From positions 5,796-69,795 of the forward strand of contig NZWE01000008.1 of the NCBI GenBank assembly GCA_002697535.1: a stretch of 64,000 nt of DNA. The letters run 5' to 3'. Origin of the DNA: Actinomycetota bacterium. Its GTDB lineage: Bacteria; Margulisbacteria; Marinamargulisbacteria; GCA-2716485; GCA-002719695. This document shows, one piece after another, positions 28,334 through 38,447 of the stretch (the stretch's first letter is position 1; each line of letters starts with the position of its first letter). The notes beneath the pieces are model-generated. The model made no database searches. It was not told the origin of the DNA and saw only the letters and a list, made by a program, of their open reading frames with translations. The position numbers and the translations under genes are program-made.

Positions 28334-30288
28334 AATTAAAATACTTTATTATATTTTTTATCACGCTATTTTCAACGTCCTCTTTAGGAGATATATCAAC
28401 GTTATCGATTCATAATGAATTTATTAAAGCTGTTGTTAATAATAAGGATGCAAAAGGTCGTTTTTCACTTGAAACAACATTAGGAAATCCTGATAATAAT
28501 AATGATGATTATAAAGATCTTATTTATGGCAAACCTGTTCCTTGGACATCTTATACAACACTGTTAATTGATAACAATCCTTTTATTTTTGGTAATACTG
28601 ATAAACGACTTCAAAAACGTACTAAAACTAATTTTAATTACGCGCCCTTATATGAACAATTTGTTTCAAATAACAGTATTATCTCCTCTTCTATAATTAA
28701 AGATTTTGATATATCTCAAAAAATAGGATTTTATCGTAATCCTAATACTAATATTAGTGATTCAATATTTATTGAGTACCATGTTACTAATACATCTGAA
28801 GAAACTCACTATTTTGGTTTACGAATTATGCTTGATACGAAACTAGGTAAAAATGATGGAGCTCCATTTCGTATGGGTCGTGATCAGATTCAAAGTGAAA
28901 TACAATTATCTAAAAAAGACTTATATGCCTATTGGCAAGCGTTTGATAGTTTATCCAATCCTAATATTATTTCTCAAGGTTTATTAACTGACTCTTCTAA
29001 ATCATTAACACCCCCTGACTCAATCCATCTTGCAAATTGGGGTTCTCTAGTCGATCAACCATGGAATGCAGCTTATGAACAAGACCGCTCTTTCATTCGT
29101 AAAGGTGAAGATCAAAAAGATACAGCACTGGCACTCACCTTTAATTCAAAACCCATCAAACCTAATCAAACTAAAATTTTTAAAACGGTTTACGGGCTTG
29201 GTGGCATTGCTATTTCTTCAGGTGAGCTTAGTTTAGGTCTTACAGCCCCAAAATCATTACTACAAACACATGATTCTCCTATTCTAATTATTGCCTACCT
29301 ACTTAATACAGGAGGCTATGATGCCTATAATGTATCCGCTTCATTTACATTGCCCAAAGATGCTGAAATTGTTAAAGGTAATCTCAATGAATCGCTTCCT
29401 ATCTTGCAAAAAGGACACCAAAAACAATTCCCATTATTAATAAAATTCAAAAAAAGACTTACGTCTGATGTCTCACTTTCATTTTCAGTTAAATCTAGCA
29501 CCTTTAAATCTAATTCGATTCGTCATTTAATTGATATTATTGATCCGCCCAAACTAACGCTTACCATGCCCAAAAAAATTATAATCCCACCTAATAATCC
29601 TTATATCACTATCTCTCCTACGATTCACAACCATACATCTATTCCTATTAACACTATCAATGCGTTTATATCAGACGTTTCAGAATCAGCTCTCCCAGCT
29701 TTTGAATACCCTGCTAAGATGATCCAGGAATTATCTCCCTACTCTTCCACATCTTTATCATGGTCTATTGATACATCCAAGCTACAATTCCCTTTTTCTT
29801 TTTACATATCAGCTACGTCTGAACATGCTGTTAATGCGTCCCAACCTATTTTTCTTTATCAAAGCTCGTCTGAATCATCGGAGCCTTTGAGTGTTCACTC
29901 TAAATCTCAAGCAGAGGTCCCTTATTACCTAACTCTTAAACTTGAGAATATATCTCCTAAAGATACTCATCAATTTATTATTAATCATCCAAAAAAATCA
30001 GCTACATTTATTCATTATGCGTCTTCCAATCAAGTTAATATGCCTCTTCGTTATAAAAAGTCTGCTGGGGATGTTCTCTTTCAACCCTCGATATTAATGG
30101 ATGATTATATATATTTTAACTACTATGTTACGGATGATAGTACATTAAACTTTATTTTATCTGAGACAACGATGCAGTCAAAGAATGAGGCTACTGAATT
30201 ACCCAATATACGTTCTGTCATTCAAACTTTAGATTTAACCGTTCCATCAAAAAATGCTATAGTTAGTGCTAACTATCGAAAGGAGTAA
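28330..30288 (+). CDS. secreted hypothetical protein, 652 aa
   Basis: Signal peptide (FIIFFITLFSTSSLG). The start overlaps the tonB-like stop (ATGA). No recognisable domain, and no TolB-like WD/propeller repeats seen. Confidence 0.6.
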   Translation: MKLKYFIIFFITLFSTSSLGDISTLSIHNEFIKAVVNNKDAKGRFSLETTLGNPDNNNDDYKDLIYGKPVPWTSYTTLLIDNNPFIFGNTDKRLQKRTKTNFNYAPLYEQFVSNNSIISSSIIKDFDISQKIGFYRNPNTNISDSIFIEYHVTNTSEETHYFGLRIMLDTKLGKNDGAPFRMGRDQIQSEIQLSKKDLYAYWQAFDSLSNPNIISQGLLTDSSKSLTPPDSIHLANWGSLVDQPWNAAYEQDRSFIRKGEDQKDTALALTFNSKPIKPNQTKIFKTVYGLGGIAISSGELSLGLTAPKSLLQTHDSPILIIAYLLNTGGYDAYNVSASFTLPKDAEIVKGNLNESLPILQKGHQKQFPLLIKFKKRLTSDVSLSFSVKSSTFKSNSIRHLIDIIDPPKLTLTMPKKIIIPPNNPYITISPTIHNHTSIPINTINAFISDVSESALPAFEYPAKMIQELSPYSSTSLSWSIDTSKLQFPFSFYISATSEHAVNASQPIFLYQSSSESSEPLSVHSKSQAEVPYYLTLKLENISPKDTHQFIINHPKKSATFIHYASSNQVNMPLRYKKSAGDVLFQPSILMDDYIYFNYYVTDDSTLNFILSETTMQSKNEATELPNIRSVIQTLDLTVPSKNAIVSANYRKE

Positions 30289-30291
30289 TCT

Positions 30292-30780
30292 ATGAAAGTG
30301 CATCAGTTTGTATCGTTAATCTTATTACTCGTTTACCCCTCCCTCCTTATAGCGCAACCGATACAAGATATTAGTAGTGATGATCCTCATCATAGTATTA
30401 TTAAACAAGCTATTAATAATGGTTATTTATCTCTTTATAATGATAATTCTTTTAAACCTAACACCCCCTTATCAAGACGTGATGCCGTTATGATTATTCA
30501 TGAACTTGACAAAAAATTGTCAAATAATGTTAATCACTTAAAGGCTAATGATTTTCAAGAACTTACTGCCTTATCAAAATCATTTAAACAGCTCTATAAT
30601 TCAACTAACAACTCTTTAATATCGGTTCAAAATGATAATAAAATGTTGCGATATGAACACAAATTACTACTACATCAAATAACGGCACTACAACAATCTC
30701 AAAATAAGTACAAAAAAGAACGAAAGTTGCTTTTTGGGCTTATTGCCTTTTCGACACTTATTGGATTTCTATATCCATGA
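30292..30780 (+). CDS. SLH-domain-like protein with a coiled coil and a C-terminal TM anchor
   Basis: Signal peptide. DISSDDPHHSIIKQAINNGYLSLYNDNSFKPNTPLSRRDAVMII aligns by eye to the SLH consensus (F.D....W....I......G...G...G.F.P....TR.E.A). Followed by a heptad-rich region and a C-terminal LLFGLIAFSTLIGFLYP. Confidence 0.55.
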   Translation: MKVHQFVSLILLLVYPSLLIAQPIQDISSDDPHHSIIKQAINNGYLSLYNDNSFKPNTPLSRRDAVMIIHELDKKLSNNVNHLKANDFQELTALSKSFKQLYNSTNNSLISVQNDNKMLRYEHKLLLHQITALQQSQNKYKKERKLLFGLIAFSTLIGFLYP

Positions 30781-31508
30781 TTGCACAATCCATACAATCT
30801 CAATTTTCTAACACGATATCTCAAAATTTATTTGCACACTCCTATTTATTTTATGGTATTAACGCTCTTGATTTAACTGATCTTTGTATTGGATTAATCA
30901 AAGATTATCTCAATCATCATCATGACTTCTCTTTACAGCCTGATGCCCCCCTCCCTCTTCATCCTGATATTCTCTTTCTAGAAACTGAATCATCTATCAA
31001 AATTGATCATATTAAACAGATACAAGATAAAATTAAATATGGCCCTTACCAACTGAACTATTTTTTTGTCGTTATTCCTAACTGCGACCTCTGTAGTCTT
31101 CAAGCGGCCAATGCTTTCTTAAAGACACTTGAGGAACCTATTGATAAGGTTGTTTTCTTTCTTACATCAGCTCATTTTCAATCTATTCTACCAACCATTC
31201 GCTCTCGATCGCTATGTGTTTATACACCCACTAGCTCCACTCATCATCTTGATGATGAGTTTCTCTCCTTTCATTCATTTCAATCTATGGATCTTAATAC
31301 TCGACTTAATTCCTGTATGGATCTGGCTAGTAATAAAACGCAACTTATTACTCAACTTCATAACTGGCTAACTGAATTAAATGATTATTCCATCGCTAAA
31401 AACACATCCAATCATATCTTAATTTTTAATCTACTAGAAACTCTTCAATATAACGTTAATGTTCGCTTGCAACTAGAAAATTTTAGTATTCAGCTACCTT
31501 TTGATTAG
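30777..31508 (+). CDS. holB: DNA polymerase III subunit delta'
   Basis: HSYLFYG, ANAFLKTLEEP and TIRSRS motifs. 243 aa, which is short for the family. Confidence 0.8.
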   Translation: MIAQSIQSQFSNTISQNLFAHSYLFYGINALDLTDLCIGLIKDYLNHHHDFSLQPDAPLPLHPDILFLETESSIKIDHIKQIQDKIKYGPYQLNYFFVVIPNCDLCSLQAANAFLKTLEEPIDKVVFFLTSAHFQSILPTIRSRSLCVYTPTSSTHHLDDEFLSFHSFQSMDLNTRLNSCMDLASNKTQLITQLHNWLTELNDYSIAKNTSNHILIFNLLETLQYNVNVRLQLENFSIQLPFD

Positions 31509-31585
31509 ATCTCTTAGCTTTTATGTTAATCAATGTTACACTATTGAGATTAATGATAAAATAAACATCATTTGGAGTGTGTATT

Positions 31586-31783
31586 ATGGTTTTACAAGAA
31601 AGACGTGATGGGGAAACAATCGATTCCTTACTAAAAAAATTCAAGCGTGGTGTTAAACGTGAAGGCATCTTACCACGATTAAGAGAGAAGGAGTTTTTTG
31701 AAAAGCCTTCTGATAAAAAGAAACGTGATAAAAAAGCAGCTTCTAGACGTAATAAAATACAACAAAAGGCTGATGAACTTTAG
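31586..31783 (+). CDS. rpsU: 30S ribosomal protein S21
   Basis: MVLQERRDGETIDSLLKKFKRGVKREGILPRLREKEFFEKPSDKKKR is a typical S21 sequence. The ATG at 31586 follows GGAG, whereas the track's 31577 start is a GTG. Confidence 0.9.
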   Translation: MVLQERRDGETIDSLLKKFKRGVKREGILPRLREKEFFEKPSDKKKRDKKAASRRNKIQQKADEL

Positions 31784-31803
31784 TTTCTTTTTTCTATGAT
31801 TTT

Positions 31804-32919
31804 ATGCTTAAAAAAGGGGTTTTAAAATTCATCCATTTACGAATATTAGATAAATATCTAATTCGGGAATTTTTTTACCCTTTTTTATTAGCTCTTTTTG
31901 GCTTTGCGATTATTGGTATTGTTGACATTTTATTTTATGTTGTTGAACTCTCTGTGTTATCGGGTGTTTCGCTTATAACTACGATTAAATTACTTCTTTA
32001 TAAACTTCCGGCTGTTATGGTTTTATTTTTTCCTATGGCTACCCTATTTGCTTGTATGCTTTTATTTGTTCGTATGGCAAAAGATAATGAATTAAGTGTT
32101 CTTAGAACATCAGGTATTCATGCGGCTCGTATTATTTTTCCTGTGATTATCATTGGTATTATCATTAGTTATTTTTCATATATGTTTAATGAAGCTATTG
32201 TACCGATGTCAAATCAAGCCGCTGATACTTTAATTAAGCGTGAGTTACGCCGATCTCCACCTCCTAATATTGCTGAAAATACGGTTTTTAATGATTCTGA
32301 TCGATTTTTTTATATAAAAACCATTCGTAATGATTCGATGGAAAATATTATGGTTATAGAAAAAACATTTCAAAACCCACGCTTAATTATTGCTAAGGAA
32401 GGATCATGGAAAGATTTTAAATGGACACTATTTGATGGAACCCTTCAAGAATTTGATGAAAATGGCCATTTAAAATATTCAAACAAATTTGACGAAATGA
32501 GAATTCATGTTCAACAAAATATTCGATCTTATTATTCACGTCAAAAAAAGGCCAAAGAAATGGATTCTAATGAATTAAAAGAAAAAATTGATCGGTTAGA
32601 TGAAAGTGGTTTAAGTTCAAACTATTATCAAATTGAATATCATCTTAAAAAAAGTTTGCCAACCACATGTTTAATCTTTGTATTACTGGGGATTGCCTAT
32701 TGTTTTAGTTTTGTACGTACAGGAAAAGACTGGTGGGGTGTTATAATTGCTATATGTGTTTCTGTTTTAACGGTTGGTTTATATTTTGTTTTGTTAGCTA
32801 TATCCCGAGCTTTTGCAAAAGGTGGGTTCATTTCCCCCATTGTTGGCGCGTGGTCTCCTAATCTTATTTATGGCACAATTGCAAGCTATCTAATTTATTA
32901 TCAATGCAAGTACAGGTAA
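31804..32919 (+). CDS. LptF/LptG-family LPS export permease
   Basis: YjgP/YjgQ architecture: 3 TM helices, a periplasmic beta-jellyroll region, then 3 TM helices. The N-terminal ILDKYLIREFF motif is present. Confidence 0.85.
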   Translation: MLKKGVLKFIHLRILDKYLIREFFYPFLLALFGFAIIGIVDILFYVVELSVLSGVSLITTIKLLLYKLPAVMVLFFPMATLFACMLLFVRMAKDNELSVLRTSGIHAARIIFPVIIIGIIISYFSYMFNEAIVPMSNQAADTLIKRELRRSPPPNIAENTVFNDSDRFFYIKTIRNDSMENIMVIEKTFQNPRLIIAKEGSWKDFKWTLFDGTLQEFDENGHLKYSNKFDEMRIHVQQNIRSYYSRQKKAKEMDSNELKEKIDRLDESGLSSNYYQIEYHLKKSLPTTCLIFVLLGIAYCFSFVRTGKDWWGVIIAICVSVLTVGLYFVLLAISRAFAKGGFISPIVGAWSPNLIYGTIASYLIYYQCKYR

Positions 32920-35273
32920 GAAAGGAATCTACACTACCGTTTATCCTTAACCTTGTAAAACGCAAGCAATATTTAGAAGCTCTTGATCGCTATAAAGCAT
33001 ACTTAACTCATCATCCTGATCATTTAGCACTCATTTTAATTGATCTATATAAAACACTTTATCAAGATCTTAACGATATTAATATTAGGCTCATTATTTC
33101 AGAATTATATATTAAATATCATTATTTTTCTGATGCTTGTATTGAGCTTGAAGAAATGTTTGAAATTAATCCCAATTTTTCTCAAACTTACTTTTTGTTA
33201 AGTAAAGTTTATACTCAAAATATGGAAATAGATACTGTTTGTCGCTTATTTGAAGAAGCCTTTCAATCTGGTATTCGTGATTCTGTTATTCTTGATTTTT
33301 TACCAAAAATTTATCTTGATACAAATGATATCTTTAAAGCAATTTCATTTTATGAATCTCTTCTAGAAGAAAAGGATTGCCTTCCTCATCAAAATAAAGT
33401 TTTAGCAGAACTTTATAAACGTGTCGGTAAATATGAAAAATGTGTTTGTATTTATCAAGATCTTGTTAAATCTGACCCTCAATTTTTAAAAGATGCCTGT
33501 TTATTACTAGAAAATATTTTAGTGTCTCATGCTAACTTACATTTTGTTAGAGAAGCGCTCCTTCATTTTTATATTACTTCTTGTGAACCTGATCAAGCCA
33601 TTGAGCATCTTACTTTTTTATGTTCATCGGCTGATTTTTCTCTTCAAAAATCTCAACCTATCTTTTTGAAAGTTATTGAAATTTACCCTTCACATATTCC
33701 AACACTGTTACTTTATTGTGAATGCTTAATTAAGGAAGAATCCATTACTGATGCTATTCCTCTTTTATCTGAATTGGCTACTTATAATCAAGATACGTTT
33801 ATTGAAACCGCTATTAATCTTATTCGTGAATCAAATCCAAATCATTTTGGATTTAATTTATTTTTAATTAATCGATTTATTACTCTTAACAACTATCAAG
33901 CTGCTCTTGATATTATTTCTACTTTAATTGAATCTCATTATACTCATGATATTTTTGATGATTTAAAATCATCTTGTCTTCAAATTTGGGATTCTGAAAC
34001 ATCAACCATTAAAATTCAAGCTAGCTATAATCTCGCTTTAATCTTATTTCATGAAGAAAAGCTTATTGACTCTATTAACTACTGTAATAACTGCGGAGAT
34101 GATCATCTTGATGCGATATGCTTAAAAATCTCTATTTTAATCAAACAAGATAATCTGATTGAAGCTAAAAAACTTGCTCTTCATCATCTTAACCAACATA
34201 TCAATTCAAAAAAATTACATGAGTTAATGTACCTTATTCACCAAAAGAATACAGCCTTACAACATGCTCAAACATCTATCCATTCTTTTAATTCTATTAT
34301 CAGTGATTTATCTTTAGGTAATACACACGAGGCTATTGATACGATCCAGCAAATTGATTCTGATCATTTTGATTATAATATTGCTCAACTTCTATTAATC
34401 CGTTGCTTTTATACTGAACAAAAGATTGATCATTCGCTCAATATACTTAATCAACTATCCCCTTACCTACGTGAAAAGGTTCCTGACCTTTATATTGATT
34501 CCCTTTTCTTAACAGCCATTTGCTTATATACATTAGGCCACTTTGAAGATGCCTCTAATATGCTTAATCAAATTGAAGAAATTAATATATCTCATTCTTT
34601 TACAAAATCCATGAAACAATATTTATATCGTATACCCTTTTCACAACATAAAGGGTTTGCTATTACAGGATTAATCAATGTTTGGAATAATTCTATTACT
34701 TATACAGCCATTCAGAATCCCGAAGAAGCCTTATCATCAAAAACGACACAATCAACAATTAGTTTTGGACTTAATCATAATGAAAAAGCATGTTTATATA
34801 TGATCAGAAAAAATTATAATAGTGCGCATTCTGAATTTAATTTATCATTACAACTTGATCCCTCCTTAACTATTTCTTATTGTAATTATTCCTTATATTT
34901 TACAGAAACTAACTCTTATGAAGAGGCTTCTTCTTCTATTGATAAAGCCAAAGAATCTAATAAAAATTTGGATATTATTTTTATCAATGAAGGTCTGTTA
35001 TATTATAAACAAGGCAAGCTTCAAGATGCGCTTATTTCTTTTCAGGAAGCCATTCGACTTAATCCAAAAAATTTACATGCTCAGTTTAATTTAGCTATGA
35101 TTTACTTTTTAAATAATAATATCGAATTATGTTTTCAATACCTTAAATCGCTATTACCTTATGGCTTATTATTTATTCCTATTCATCAATTTCTACATTA
35201 TTTAGAAGATGATCCGTTTATTATATCCCATTGGATTTCTCCTCAAAAGAATTATGATGTCTCTATTTTATAA
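32904..35273 (+). CDS. TPR-repeat protein, 789 aa
   Basis: Recurrent 34-residue TPR-like units, for example ...GKLQDALISFQEAIRLNPKNLHAQFNLAMIYF. Overlaps both neighbouring genes. Confidence 0.7.
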   Translation: MQVQVRKESTLPFILNLVKRKQYLEALDRYKAYLTHHPDHLALILIDLYKTLYQDLNDINIRLIISELYIKYHYFSDACIELEEMFEINPNFSQTYFLLSKVYTQNMEIDTVCRLFEEAFQSGIRDSVILDFLPKIYLDTNDIFKAISFYESLLEEKDCLPHQNKVLAELYKRVGKYEKCVCIYQDLVKSDPQFLKDACLLLENILVSHANLHFVREALLHFYITSCEPDQAIEHLTFLCSSADFSLQKSQPIFLKVIEIYPSHIPTLLLYCECLIKEESITDAIPLLSELATYNQDTFIETAINLIRESNPNHFGFNLFLINRFITLNNYQAALDIISTLIESHYTHDIFDDLKSSCLQIWDSETSTIKIQASYNLALILFHEEKLIDSINYCNNCGDDHLDAICLKISILIKQDNLIEAKKLALHHLNQHINSKKLHELMYLIHQKNTALQHAQTSIHSFNSIISDLSLGNTHEAIDTIQQIDSDHFDYNIAQLLLIRCFYTEQKIDHSLNILNQLSPYLREKVPDLYIDSLFLTAICLYTLGHFEDASNMLNQIEEINISHSFTKSMKQYLYRIPFSQHKGFAITGLINVWNNSITYTAIQNPEEALSSKTTQSTISFGLNHNEKACLYMIRKNYNSAHSEFNLSLQLDPSLTISYCNYSLYFTETNSYEEASSSIDKAKESNKNLDIIFINEGLLYYKQGKLQDALISFQEAIRLNPKNLHAQFNLAMIYFLNNNIELCFQYLKSLLPYGLLFIPIHQFLHYLEDDPFIISHWISPQKNYDVSIL

Positions 35274-37761
35274 AATTAGTATTCTTTTATTATTATGCAG
35301 CGTTTCTTGCTTAGGTCGTTCGATGACGTTAGTTAGCGACTCTCTTGTTTTTGACGATTATCTTAGACGTGTTGATGCAACTGGTAATGTTCGTTTAATT
35401 CTTGATGAGGCCACTATCATGGGTGATCATTTAATGTTTTATGTTGATGATAATATGGTTATTAGCTCAGGTAACGTATTGATTAAACGTAAGGATAATG
35501 AATTTAATTCAAGTTCTCTTATTATTAACTTAGATGAAAAAAAATTACATTTAAATGATATTAAAATTGGTATTACCCCCTTTGGACAAAAGGGGAAAAT
35601 TTATATCACTATTAAAAAACTTATTGATACCCAGCAACGTAAAAAGGGTTATTTTGCTCGTTTTACAACCTGTAATGCTATTAAACCTCATTACTACCTT
35701 TCGAGTTGGCGTTTTCTATATTACCCTGACAAAAGCATTCATTTATTTGCTTCTCATTTTCGAAATGATTTATCATTTTTTCCTTTTAATATTATTCCCT
35801 TCCCTGTTCCTTTAATAGAATGGATCCCTATTCCTTACTATTACTATCAACTAGGGAAACGAAAAATAGTATTAAATTTTCCGACTATTGGGGAGAAAAA
35901 AAATTCGGGTTGGGGTTTATTTGTTCAGAATAAACTTGATTATCGTTATCATAATGATAAAGAATCATCATTATTTTTAGATTGGTACCAGGCTAAAGGA
36001 AATCGATCAGGAGAATGGGGGTATGGTCTCCATCATTATTATGGCAATAATTCAATTAATGGCGATATATACTTCTATAATTATGATTACAAGCTGGGTA
36101 ATGATAATAAAAAAAACCTTACGTATAAACTGAATCAAGAACTTTCTTTTAAAGATACCACACTGAAAGCGAGTTATTCATTAGTTGATGTAGATGAACG
36201 TATTAATTCTACGGGATCGTCTCATTCTATTAATAAATCTGTTTCATTGGACCATTCTCCTAACTCGTTTCCTTTATCAACATCCTATAAAGAAAATCGT
36301 AATATTTCTAACCAGTTTCAATCACAAAATTTTATCTTTAAAAAAGATTCTTTGCATCAAAACTCCTCTTTCTCATTAGATAAAAAACATTACGCTAGTA
36401 CCAATCGTTATACGACTCAATCTAAGCTCTCTCATTCTATTACCTTTCCTTTTAATATTAACATCAAACAGGACTTTAATTTTAAGGAGTATGACTATCG
36501 TGATACAGAAAGCTCTCCGGAACAAACATTAACATATGCCTCTTCACTATCAACAACATTACCACATAATATTGCGATGTCTGTTCAGATGAATTATTTA
36601 TATGATTTAGATCAAGATAGTGTTACAAGTGATATTAAAAGTGGAGTTAATAACTATTTATATAAACTTCCTGAAATTAAATTTTCTCAAAATCAGACAT
36701 TCTTTAAATCAAAACCTATTTATACCTTTCAAACCAATTCTATCGCTAGTCTTGGTAACTATCGTGAAGTTCGTTATTTTGCTGATGATCCTGATTATTC
36801 CTTGCCAGAAACCCTTAATGTTCTTGAACCCAATATGTATTTTTTCCGTCAAAAGTTTTCTAAATCTGTTGCGTCCTTACCTGCATCATCTAAATTAACG
36901 TTTAGTTCAACTTATGAGCAATATATTTTTAAAAATGAACATAAATCTCTTTTTGAAGGAGATGCTCAATATAGTTTAAATTATAATATTGCCTTAACTT
37001 CAACATTTTTATCCTTTATAAAACATTCTTCATCTTATTCAAGACAACATGGGCATAAAGATAATAACTCTCCTTTTTATGCATTTAAAAAATCTTTGTC
37101 TGAAAGTAATCGTTTAACCGAAAAAATTACGTTGTTTTATAATAAGAAACGATCGATATTATTTCCTTTTACACTTGATTTTAACTGGGATCATAGCACC
37201 TCTTATAACTGGCTATTATCCTCAAATCCTTACTCTAATTATGTCTCAAAACTTACGATGTCACTTAACAAAGTTTATAAACTGACGGCACAATCATCTA
37301 AAAATCTTAATAGATCTTGGAAAAAAGATAATAATTTATTTACGCCGTTAATGCTTACATTAAGTGGTAAAACAAAAGATAAACTTAATTTTAATTATTC
37401 CTTACACTTAAACATGAATGATCTTGTTTTTGATCAAACCTATATTGTTAATAACTCTGATTTTAATTTTAATTTTCCTCTTGGTAAAAACCCTGATTTC
37501 CAATGGAAACTTAAAGGATATTTTAAATATATTGAGCCAGGAAAAGCATTGCAGCTAAAGCATTATCAATTTCAAAAATTTTCTATTATTAAGGATGAAC
37601 ATGAAAGACAAATTGAAATTGGGTATAATAAAACTATTAAAGAATTCTTTTTTAAATTTCATTTTAAAATGTTTTCAAAAGATCCATTGATTATACGTAA
37701 AACTAATAATGTTGTAAAATTTGAGGGTCGTCTTAATAAAAAATCACAAGAAAGGTTTTAA
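35254..37761 (+). CDS. lptD: LPS-assembly outer-membrane protein LptD/OstA-like
   Basis: Signal peptide from MMSLFYKISILLLLCSVSC. OstA_N-like region (VDATGNVRLILDEATIMGDHLMFYVDDNMVISSGNVLIK), a long beta-rich C-terminal region, and a terminal Phe. Start moved to the ATG at 35254. Confidence 0.7.
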   Translation: MMSLFYKISILLLLCSVSCLGRSMTLVSDSLVFDDYLRRVDATGNVRLILDEATIMGDHLMFYVDDNMVISSGNVLIKRKDNEFNSSSLIINLDEKKLHLNDIKIGITPFGQKGKIYITIKKLIDTQQRKKGYFARFTTCNAIKPHYYLSSWRFLYYPDKSIHLFASHFRNDLSFFPFNIIPFPVPLIEWIPIPYYYYQLGKRKIVLNFPTIGEKKNSGWGLFVQNKLDYRYHNDKESSLFLDWYQAKGNRSGEWGYGLHHYYGNNSINGDIYFYNYDYKLGNDNKKNLTYKLNQELSFKDTTLKASYSLVDVDERINSTGSSHSINKSVSLDHSPNSFPLSTSYKENRNISNQFQSQNFIFKKDSLHQNSSFSLDKKHYASTNRYTTQSKLSHSITFPFNINIKQDFNFKEYDYRDTESSPEQTLTYASSLSTTLPHNIAMSVQMNYLYDLDQDSVTSDIKSGVNNYLYKLPEIKFSQNQTFFKSKPIYTFQTNSIASLGNYREVRYFADDPDYSLPETLNVLEPNMYFFRQKFSKSVASLPASSKLTFSSTYEQYIFKNEHKSLFEGDAQYSLNYNIALTSTFLSFIKHSSSYSRQHGHKDNNSPFYAFKKSLSESNRLTEKITLFYNKKRSILFPFTLDFNWDHSTSYNWLLSSNPYSNYVSKLTMSLNKVYKLTAQSSKNLNRSWKKDNNLFTPLMLTLSGKTKDKLNFNYSLHLNMNDLVFDQTYIVNNSDFNFNFPLGKNPDFQWKLKGYFKYIEPGKALQLKHYQFQKFSIIKDEHERQIEIGYNKTIKEFFFKFHFKMFSKDPLIIRKTNNVVKFEGRLNKKSQERF

Positions 37762-38447
37762 TGAAATACTTTATTATTGTTTTGTCTTTATTACTATTAA
37801 CAGGATGTGCTAGAACTATTTCGTCTGGTGGTGACGTTATTAATTTAGAATTTAAAATCTCCACACAAGGTCCTATCAATACTAGTAACACTATTTATCT
37901 TCTTGTTTTCTCATCAACTCAATTAATTCTTTCTGAAAAAGCAACCCTTGATGATTACTTTATCTTTCCTGGTAAATACTTTGACGATTCAAGATTAGCT
38001 ACTTTACCTGGTAAAGATATTAATTATTACTACACTTCTTATTTTAAATATTGGAAACAGTTTCTTTACCTGACTAATAATTCTATTGAACTTACTACAG
38101 CCTCTGCTAATAGTTTTGATGCTTCTATTGCCACTATTGAAGATCATCAATCTATTGAACCTTCTCAGGGCTTTGAAGGTATCCAGTCCATTCATGCAGA
38201 TACACTTACGATTACTGTTGATATTACCCAATTAGGTTACGAAGAATCTGATACCGTTTATTTTAGTATCTTAACATTTGAAAAAGATACTTCTTCAGAA
38301 GCTGGCATTATTAAAGATTTTTTAACGAATGATTCATCTCATGTGATTGATCTTACTAAAAATCAACTTAATTCTGGAAATAATTCTGAGAATACATCGC
38401 TTGATACTCACCACGACATTGTTCAATGGCAATACAGAGTTTATTAA
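37761..38447 (+). CDS. lipoprotein of unknown function (positional LptE candidate)
   Basis: Lipobox LLLTGC. The start overlaps the lptD stop (TAATG). 228 aa. Confidence 0.55.
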   Translation: MKYFIIVLSLLLLTGCARTISSGGDVINLEFKISTQGPINTSNTIYLLVFSSTQLILSEKATLDDYFIFPGKYFDDSRLATLPGKDINYYYTSYFKYWKQFLYLTNNSIELTTASANSFDASIATIEDHQSIEPSQGFEGIQSIHADTLTITVDITQLGYEESDTVYFSILTFEKDTSSEAGIIKDFLTNDSSHVIDLTKNQLNSGNNSENTSLDTHHDIVQWQYRVY

